NCBI GenBank assembly: GCA_002269645.1
Contig: NIVC01002902.1
Coordinates: 1-64,000 of the forward strand
Length of the DNA: 64,000 nt
DNA from: Macrostomum lignano
Taxonomy: Eukaryota
Reading direction: 5' to 3'
The notes below the pieces were generated by a model that saw only the letters and a list, made by a program, of their open reading frames with translations, ran no database searches and had not been told where the DNA came from. This document shows positions 46,895 through 64,000 of this stretch, one piece after another; position 1 is the first letter of the stretch; every line of letters begins with the position of its first letter. A program made the position numbers and the translations under genes.

Positions 46895-48056
46895 GTCAGA
46901 CAGACACCACACTAAGACAGACAGACACTAAGACAGACTGACACTAAGACAGATTGACACTAAAACTGACTGACACTAAGACAGCCTGACACTAAGACAG
47001 ATTGAGATTAAGACAGACTGACACTAAGGCAGATTGACACTAAGGCAGATTGACGCTAAAACAGACTGACACTAAGAAGGACTGGCACTAAGACAGACTG
47101 ACATTAAGACAGACTGACTCTAAGACAGACTGACACTAAGACAGACTGACACTAAGACAGACTGACATTAAGACAGACTGACACTAAGACAGATTGACAC
47201 TAAGACATACTGACATTAAGACGGACTGACACTAAGGCAGAATGACACTAAGACATACTGACATTAAGACAGACTGACACTAAGGCAGATTGACGCTAAA
47301 ACATTCTGAAACTAAGACAGACTGGCACTAAGGCAGATTGACGCTAAAACATTCTGAAACTAAGACAGACTGGCACTAAGACAGATTGACATTAAGACAG
47401 ACTGACTCTAAGACAGACTGACACTAAGACAGACTGACACTAAGACAGACTGACATTAAGACAGACTGACACTAAGACAGATTGACACTAAGACAGACTG
47501 ACATTAAGACAGACTGACACTAAGACAGATTGACACTAAGACAGATTGACATTAAGACAGACTGACACTAAGGCAGAATGACACTAAGACAGATTGACAT
47601 TAAGACGGACTGACACTAAGGCAGAATGACACTAAGACATACTGACATTAAGACAGACTGACACTAAGGCAGAATGACACTAAGACATACTGACATTAAA
47701 TTAAGACGGACTGACACTAAGGAAGAATGACACTAAGACATACTGACATTAAGACAGACTGACACTAAGACAGATTGACACTAAGACAGACTGACACTAA
47801 GACAGATTGACACTAAGACAGATTGACATTAAGACAGACTGACACTAAGGCAGATTGACGCTAAAACATTCTGAAACTAAGACAGACTGGCACTAAGACA
47901 GACTGACATTAAGACAGACTGACACTAAGACAGATTGACATTAGGACAGACTGACACTTAAACAGACTGACATTAGGACAGACTGACACTAAGACAGATT
48001 TACATTAAGACAGACAGACAAAAAGACAGACCGACACTGAAACAGACATACTGACA
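46895..48056. repeat. 16-bp minisatellite (ACAGACTGACACTAAG)
   Basis: Long tandem array. Confidence 0.93.
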
Positions 48057-48751
48057 GGTACTATAACTTACAGTATATAATTACCATTATAAAAAAGTAA
48101 AATTGTTTTTGTGCATTCACTATAGAAAATGGTTATTAGCAATAGTTACGGTTTTTCGATAGAGTTTCCACTTTAAGCGCTAAACCTCAACCATTAGTAG
48201 GCACTAAATGCAACTCAGTCTTCACGCCTTTGATCGCGTCCATCTGTTGTCCGCTTCCATCGTCTCTTGCCGATGACGATCCCCCGACGATCCCCAGCTG
48301 TCCCCATTTAATTATCCTCATTTGTGCAGCTGAGCTCCGCCCCGCACAAACTGCCACGCTTAGAAGAGTGACAGGCATTAGACGCGCTGGCGATCTGATA
48401 GCCGCCATTATCCGTGCCAGCTTCTTTGAACGCGGATGTGGAATATTTTAGAGCTGAGCATTTTGATGCTGAGAATAGTGCGCGGTGTGAGCCGGAGGGT
48501 GAGCAGTCTGTATGCTAATGCTAAGCTCATGCCATTCTGACTGAGGCTGGGCATGAGATAAGGTGAGGACTGAGATAACAGAGGGACAGATAAAAAAGAG
48601 AGTGAATTGGCGGGTGGGGGAGTTGGTGGAGTTGTAGTTCCACCCGTCCATGAAATTGAGTTGGATATCGGATTTCGTGTGGCTAAATTGGGGCGCGTTG
48701 GCGTACTACGGGTCCAGTTTTTTGTGGTAACTAGTGTAGGTGGATGTAGAC

Positions 48752-48965
<214 letters not shown>

Positions 48966-49068
48966 AAAACAGTGTCTATCTTCGAATGTTTCTTTGATAA
49001 TCCACTCACCACATCACAGGTTGCAAGCAGCAAGCCGGACAGGCGGTGTCTCAAAGTCGAGAGTCTGC

Positions 49069-57224
<8,156 letters not shown>

Positions 57225-59123
57225 GTATAACTGTCGACAACTTGATTTGCACTTTTTAATGGTTAAAAGTCAGAAGTGGCTGAGAATTTACCTGACAATT
57301 TCTTCACTATAGAACTACGCTCACACTGAAGGTTTGAGTAGTAGAATACACGGTGTCGTCTTTTAATTACTACGACGCTATTTTTGAAATCCGGAATAAA
57401 TAGCCGCTAACGCAAACGCAACTTCGGACGTCACTTTGAGAGAATTGTAAATTTTTTAAATTGTTACAATTAAACTAAAACAAAAAGCCTAGACAATAAG
57501 TGGAACTACGAGTATCTCATTGTTGTTTGGATAAATACTTTCCACTGTAATTTTAATTAAACAAGCTATAACGATCATATAATATTCTTTGAAGAAGCAT
57601 ATTCATTATTTTACCTTTTTGCTGGTATCTACCGCACTACGTTTGTGGACTACAAAGAATCTTAATACGTTTGCTCTGTCATTTGACTTACTCATGTATT
57701 GCGATTTTTCTATAAATTATAACTGCATCATGAACATGACTTTATTCAAAATCATTGATTTTCTAATCCAATGGTGTCAGTCACAATTTACAAGCGTATA
57801 TATTGTATACACAACATAAGTTTTCTTGCATAATTTTTGGTTTATTCTAAATATTATCATAGCCAACATTAAAATTTTTATATCTTTGAAGCTACGGGCC
57901 TTGCTCTTAGAGGTCTGAGGCCTGCTGCACTATTTTCCAGTCACTTCGGTACAAATGTCCTGAGTGGCGGCAAGGTCTGAGTGAGAGTCACCGGAAGTTC
58001 CGGTGTTACGAATAACCTCGGTTGGCGCTCCAGCAGCCTCAAGGGACGCGTCGGGAGTAAATGAATACTCTATGAGTCGCTAAAAGACGAATGGGGACTA
58101 GAGGTGAGAAGCTTCTGGGGCCGTAACACCAAACCCAACAGCCAGTCAAAAGAATAGAGATCGGGGGTAGCTTAGGCCCTTTCCGCCCTCTCCGCTAGCA
58201 ACCGAGAAGCTCACCGGCTAAGAGCCAGAAGCTGAACCGTAGGTCCATCAGCGTGGTACTACACTGGGCCCCTAAGGGAGACAAGAAGGATGTCTCCGGA
58301 ACCTGCGGACTGGCCGCATACAAGTACCCTGTTAAGGTCAGAGGGTGATACCACCTGTTCCTCAGAGCCGTGGCCAGAAGTACCTGATACGAACATGTTC
58401 ACATCCGGGCCCATCCGTACCCAAAAATGGCCAAGACAGAAGCCAAGACCATTGGATGGGTCGGCTTGTGAGTGAGCTTAGAAAGAGTTCTCCTAGCATT
58501 CCTGCAACGCAGTAGAGGAAGTTCAGTTGTGTAGGATCTTTGCAGACATTAGCTCGCAAGCCTGGTCTGTCTCATGCAACACAGACGTGCTGAGCCCTCC
58601 ATTGCATGGAATTGATATGAGTGACAAGGCTACTGCAAACCCAACAAGTCAAAATATACATGAAAAATTGTCTTCAAGTGTATCTTCATTCTTATTCAAC
58701 GTCCGCCACTCGAAGAGGCCTGTCACTGTAGAAGCCAAAGGGCTCGGTCGACCGCGCGGCGTCGCTCTTCGTCCCGATGTTCTAATGGATTCATTACCAC
58801 CCGGAGATCCAATCTTCTTATTTTCGTCTTTATCATATTAATATCAATGTTTACATCGTCAATAGGCCAGGTTATAAAAATGACTCGACCATTCCCCAAC
58901 TTTGCCACTTTGTATTGAGCGCCTGCATCAGAGAACAGGGTGTAGTGCGGTGCCTTTGATGTCGGTTGCGGTGACAGTGAAGGTGCACAGCTAGGGAGCC
59001 AGCTTAAATTCAGGAGACTTCTCGACAGCTACGGAATTTGCCTGGTTTTCCGTGTCTCTACACAAGGGGTTCTCTATGGAACGACGTTGCGTTAATAAGC
59101 TTTTTAGTATTGATGCGGATAGT

Positions 59124-59370
59124 CAGTGGCGGATCCAGAGTTTCATTTTGGGGGAGGGGCGGTCCAAGTTTGGGGCGCCAACACGAGTGGAAGGGGCGCC
59201 AATTTTTAAGCTAGGGGGCGCAAAAATGTGCGTAGGGGGGCGAAAAATCAAGCTTAGGGGCGCAAAAAATGCGTATAGGGGGCGAAAAATCACGTTTAGG
59301 GGTCGCAAATTTAGGTTTTTGGGGGGCGCAATATGTTCGGTCAAGCTATTTTGGGGGGGCGGCCACACAG
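59124..59370 (+). mobile_element. MITE fragment (CAGTGGCGGATCC end, GGGGCG-rich repeats)
   Basis: Resembles common non-autonomous DNA transposon ends; only one terminus found. Confidence 0.4.
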
Positions 59371-60134
59371 CTATATTTACGGAATAGCGTAAAAATTGTC
59401 TGATAATTGTTCAACAAACCGACTTCCACCGATGCACCATGGTAATTCCGCCAAAGTCAGCCAATCCCACTCCGTAAAACCTCTGGTTCGTCGTTGAGGC
59501 GGGCTGGTGGCGCCAAAGACGTTATCGCTAAATACCACACAACAGCGTGAAGGGAGTGATACAACACCCAGCACCTCTCCCTGGTCAGGCTGGCAACCTG
59601 ATCATGGCTACAGCAAAAACGTTTCCGACATCCATTCACGTCACTAGCAAATGGGCATTTTTCTATTACGCCGACAAATTATGACGTTATACTTCGGCTT
59701 TGAAGGTCTAAGTCATATTTTTCATCCTTGTATTTGGTAATGTGCTTCAAATGTAAAATTAGGAAATAATTACATTTATTTTTTATTACTTTGTTCTCGA
59801 TTCGGGCAGATCATGAAAAGAAATCTGTAGAATCATTCATTTAACGTTTTGAAAATGTTTACTAGTACTTCTTTTCTTAAAAAAAAGTTCGTATCTCTAA
59901 GGCTCAACGCATGTACTAGTGCCTTTGGGCAGGTCCTTTATTTTTGTGACACACGAAAAAGCCACTTTAAAAAAGATTTACATAAAGGCATGGCTGCGAT
60001 AAACCAATTCATTGCTACTCATAGTACTCGTAAATCCAATGCTCGGCACGATAGGTTTAACAACGGGTTACGAGTTCCAAAGATCGATCTCTGAAATGGG
60101 CATCAGCTTGTTGTCACAGCGCAGCATCCGGGCA

Positions 60135-60872
60135 TCAGGCGAAGGGCGAGACGCACTCGCACAGAACGGCAGACACAGTCCATGTCTCGGGACAGTCGGA
60201 CAGACCAGCGGAACCATGGTAGCTGAATATAACGTTTTCGTCAAGCCCATTGTTGGGCTCACCGTAGGCCCACAGAGCAGCGTCCACGGTGCCATTGCAG
60301 CCGACCCAGTACCAGCCGCCCAGAGGCTCAGCACTGCCTGCTGGCTGGAGGCCTCCGAGCCAAATCGATTGTCCAGAGCTGTAGTTCGAGTAGATCGAGT
60401 CCACGTGGCTCATCTCCTGCTCGCTGGTCACGTCGGCCATGATGACCAGACCGCTCTCTGACTCGCACTTCTGCCTGCTCGGCCACCACGTCCCGATGCC
60501 AGAGTACAGCCTGTACTTCACTCCGCACAGGTCCATGCCGTAGCCAGACGGACACAGCGCGCCCGCCTCGAGTCCCGGCCGCTGCTTGACAAACACCCGG
60601 CCTCTCCTGGAGCAGCCGCAGCTCCTCACCGACTTGCTGCACTTGTCGAACACGAACAGCTGGCACGGACCGTCAGCCAGACTGAACGCCTGACAGCGCT
60701 GGTTTTGGGAGCACAGAGCGGCGCACTCGACTTTGCTGATTTCGCTTGAGTAGGTCTCAACAAACTCGCCATTGATGCAGAGATATCCGTTGATGAGAAC
60801 ATACAGCTGCTGGTTGTCACTGCCGAGCGTGAGGCCCAGAGCCAAGAACATTGTCAGGAGATTCATGCTCAT
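60135..60872 (-). CDS. Secreted PAN/apple + C-type lectin domain protein
   Basis: Signal peptide MSMNLLTMFLALGLTLG (ATG 60872; the track ORF extends to 60944); PAN-like CAALCSQNQRCQAF; CTLD WLGG...GEPNN...LCE; single exon. Confidence 0.85.
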   Translation of the reverse strand: MSMNLLTMFLALGLTLGSDNQQLYVLINGYLCINGEFVETYSSEISKVECAALCSQNQRCQAFSLADGPCQLFVFDKCSKSVRSCGCSRRGRVFVKQRPGLEAGALCPSGYGMDLCGVKYRLYSGIGTWWPSRQKCESESGLVIMADVTSEQEMSHVDSIYSNYSSGQSIWLGGLQPAGSAEPLGGWYWVGCNGTVDAALWAYGEPNNGLDENVIFSYHGSAGLSDCPETWTVSAVLCECVSPFA

Positions 60873-62049
60873 ATTGTCAACGCTGAAGAAACTACGGCGG
60901 TAAACTCGACAGACGGAGCTGCTTTCATGCGAGTTGCAACTCAAAAATTTATGGCTTCTTTGAGAGAGTTTCTTCTTAGAAGCGTTGCCTTATCAAGAGT
61001 TTCTTTTCTATCCGTAGCTCCTCGCCTCAATTGGCTCTCTGCTTTGGCAACCGCTGCACACAACTTTACTGATGCCAGCAGGTTTTTTCATTTGTAGGAC
61101 ATCAAATTAGAAATGATTGACGTGCTGCAGTTGTCATTCTTTTCCAATCTCCCCTGAGTCTCTGAAGCAGGTGTCCGTTCTCTCTAAGACAACGGTTTTG
61201 GACTTATGAAGCTACCAAAAGAAAATATTTAAACATTATCCTGTCAGTTAATAAACACTTCAATTTTGTTGAGAGGGTGAAAAATTGAGCCAACCTGTAG
61301 GAGAAAATAAAACTGGAGATGTTTAACACCTTTGATAGCTCATTACTCAAGGAAAAATTAGTCGATGTGAAATTATGAAGTGTAAGAGCTGAGGGCAAGA
61401 CTTGATATTAAGATATCCTAACCATCTTAAAGCTCTCAAGTGAGCCAGTTCCGATATTTTATATCTACGAGTAATTATCAATGAGATAAAATTGGCGAAT
61501 CGATAACATTGAGTGGCCTACCAGTGAGAGGAGGGAAAGCGAGCAAGGCCGACGCACGAAGCACAAGGAACAGACAGCCAGACTAAAGGGAGGGAGAGAG
61601 GGAGAGAGGGAGAGAGGGAGAGAGGGAGAGCCTCCAATCCCGAAGGCGCTGACACAGCAAAGCAACAAGCCAAACAAAAAAGCTAAAGAGTGTTAGTCGC
61701 CGATATTTCGAATATGAAATTCTTCATCAGGGCAAAAATGAATATAACTAATAAGGTGAGAAGCCGACAAATAAATATAAGCGAAAAGTGGGGAGAGATC
61801 GCTCATGTGCATACTGTATGTACATCAACTGTGAGTCAGAACTCTATAAAGTCAAAACAGGTTGGCTGAAGCGAGATTGCGCAATACAGTGGGCCCAAAT
61901 GCCTCTTAAAGGTTAAATAAATGAAAACAAATAATAAAGAACTAAATGAAGTGAGTCAACACAGACTAATAAAAGTAAATAAGTTAGTAAACAAGTAAGT
62001 AAATAAGTAGGCACAAGGCCAACGCACGGAGCAAAAGGAGCAGACAGCC

Positions 62050-62101
<52 letters not shown>

Positions 62102-62548
62102 AGAGGGAGAGGTAGAGAGAGACATTGCAAGGTACGAAAAGAGTAGGACTAGCCATTCAAAAAATATTACTTCTACCGTTATTTAATCAATTAAATTAGT
62201 TATATAATATAACTATATAATTAAATAATTATTCATATTGTGACCTGGAAAGACCAGCAGAGAAGCCAGCCAAAAGGAGGAATCATTCAGGGTCGAAGGC
62301 TTGTCAGTCGCCCGCTGTTTCTTCTTCGGTGACAAACGCGGACGCTCTCCGGACAAGGACTACTTAAGTAACGTAATCTTCTAGTGGTCCTTGATATTAC
62401 ACTTTTGTGTTTGTCCTTCTCCTGAAATTTCGATTGTCAGGGTGCAGAATGTCGTATAGAACAGGAGTTATTCCACCTTGTTTACCAGGGGTTCCAGCGG
62501 CGACCAACGGGCGCAGCTTTTTTTCACGCTTGCTCATTTCGCTTATGC

Positions 62549-62922
62549 CAGGGTTCGGAAAGCATTTTTACCTCAAGGGCCAGATAGAGAACCTAGAGCA
62601 TGACTGCGGTCCTAGAGATGAGAGAGGTGAAAAAAGAAAGAAGGGAGATAGGAGAAAGGAGAGGCGAGGGAATAAAGGAGTAAAGAGGAAACGAGAGGAG
62701 AGTAGAGATGAATTAGGTAAGGAGAGTAGAAAAAAAGGAGAGGGAGAGGATGAAGGAGAGAGAGGAGAGGAGACGAGAGGCGAGAAGAGAGAAGAGCGCT
62801 AAGAAGAGACAAAAATTGAGCAGGCCGGATTGCTATTGTGCAGTTTCAAAGGACCGCAAAGGCCGGATAGAGAAGCTTTGCAGGCCCCATGTGGCCTGCG
62901 GACTGGAGTTTGCAGACCCCTG
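62549..62922 (+). mobile_element. hAT-like MITE with internal GA-rich tract
   Basis: Ends CAGGGTTCGGAAAGC / GTTTGCAGACCCCTG; homologous to 39293-40954. Confidence 0.65.
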
Positions 62923-63166
62923 GCAAATCTGATGGAAATTAAAAAAAATAGTTTACAACCTGACTGGCGTAATGACCAATCAATTTTGAAGCGACAGTAA
63001 GACAAGACGGAGAGTTGTTGAAATAGAGTGGCTTGAGTTGAGTTTTTGTGTGTTGCGCAACTTGGGGTGCTGTGTACGAAGCAAGCGACCAATGTACAGC
63101 GTTTTAGCTGACCAACTGGCTTTTGCGTTGTTAACTTTTGTCGCCGAATTTGTAAATTCAAACAAA

Positions 63167-63405
63167 GGCTGGTGGCTGGTACTGGGTCGGCTGCTACGGC
63201 ACCGTGGACGCTGCTCTGTGGGTGAACAATGAGCCCACCGATTCGGTTAACAAAAACGTTATAATCAGATACCATGGTTTTGCTGGTCTGGCCGACTGTA
63301 CCGAGACATGCACCGCGTCTACCGTTCTGTGCCTGATGCCACGCTGTCACAGCTAGCTGATGTCAACTGCAGAAATCGATCTTTGGAATAACCAGTTGTT
63401 AGATC
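63167..63405 (+). pseudogene. Inverted 3' fragment of the C-type lectin gene including 3' UTR
   Basis: Translates GGWYWVGCYGTVDAALWVNNEPTDSVNKNVIIRYHGFAGLADCTETCTASTVLC, stop at 63354-63356. The UTR matches the reverse complement of 60058-60095. Confidence 0.75.
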
Positions 63406-64000
63406 TGAACAAGTGATTTACCTCTTGAATTTTAGCTCGATCTCGATCTATCGATATATATGAATTCCAATGTTTCGAATTACTCGTTGTGTTAGGACGC
63501 CACAAAACGTTCCCCTATTTTGTTTCATTTTTTTTACAAAAATTTATGACATGAGCTAAATCTTAATCTCTCTTAATTCTAGTAATAGCTTAGTCTTTCG
63601 CTCTGAGTACTGTTACGGGATCAAAGGCACCACGAGCAGGCACTGTTATGCACAGGCTGAGGTTGAATTGGATGCAGCCCAACCATAGAGTTAGATACAG
63701 GTGCAGGTCGTAAAACATTACAGCGGCAGTCAGGTTAATGGTTGATCAAGCTTGATGTTCCCAGCTGACATCGAGTGAAGATACGTCCAACAGCTTACTA
63801 ATCAGCTATACTGAGCTCGGTCTGCCAACGAAGACGTGCCTGAGAGCAATGCTTGTTTTTAAACCAGGGCGACACCGGAAACACAAAATAACAGCTTCCC
63901 GTGAGCTTTCAGCTTTTCGGCTCTCCATTTATCCGTCGCCATCTTCTGTCTCTAAATTGAATTTTCTGCCCTGAATTTCAAGCCGTCGCACAGTGAATCT

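Noticed and set aside
58002-58130. Short LTR or MITE (GGTGTTACG ... CGTAACACC)
   Set aside because: Only a 9-bp inverted repeat; no TSD, PBS, PPT or second copy in the window.

Overview
Eukaryotic (invertebrate) genomic DNA, not prokaryotic. It has spliceosomal introns, abundant minisatellites and many transposons; the overall style suggests a flatworm such as Macrostomum, but that is inference. From left to right: (1) 1-9099, the right part of a Polinton/Maverick-like endogenous DNA virus with tandem repeats, a RING finger, an AEP primase fused to an SF3 helicase, a protein-primed PolB with an HNH/EndoVII insert and degenerate proofreading motifs, a PTAP-bearing membrane protein, and an (AGT)n terminus that folds into a branched hairpin. 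(2) An ankyrin-repeat gene truncated by that terminus, with a paralog at 25.5 kb. (3) A Ngaro/DIRS tyrosine-recombinase retrotransposon, a solo LTR, and a piggyBac remnant nested in a MITE. (4) The main finding: two head-to-head, three-exon genes (28839-33015 minus, 33437-36864 plus). Each fuses a long ankyrin array to a Mab-21/cGAS-like nucleotidyltransferase with intact catalytic acidic residues, and they share a 633-bp, about 99% identical inverted segment. (5) A 10-exon Cys-loop chloride channel gene. (6) A PAN + C-type lectin gene with an inverted partial duplicate. Many viral and transposon ORFs are split by single-base -1 shifts, several at homopolymer runs, which most likely are assembly errors.
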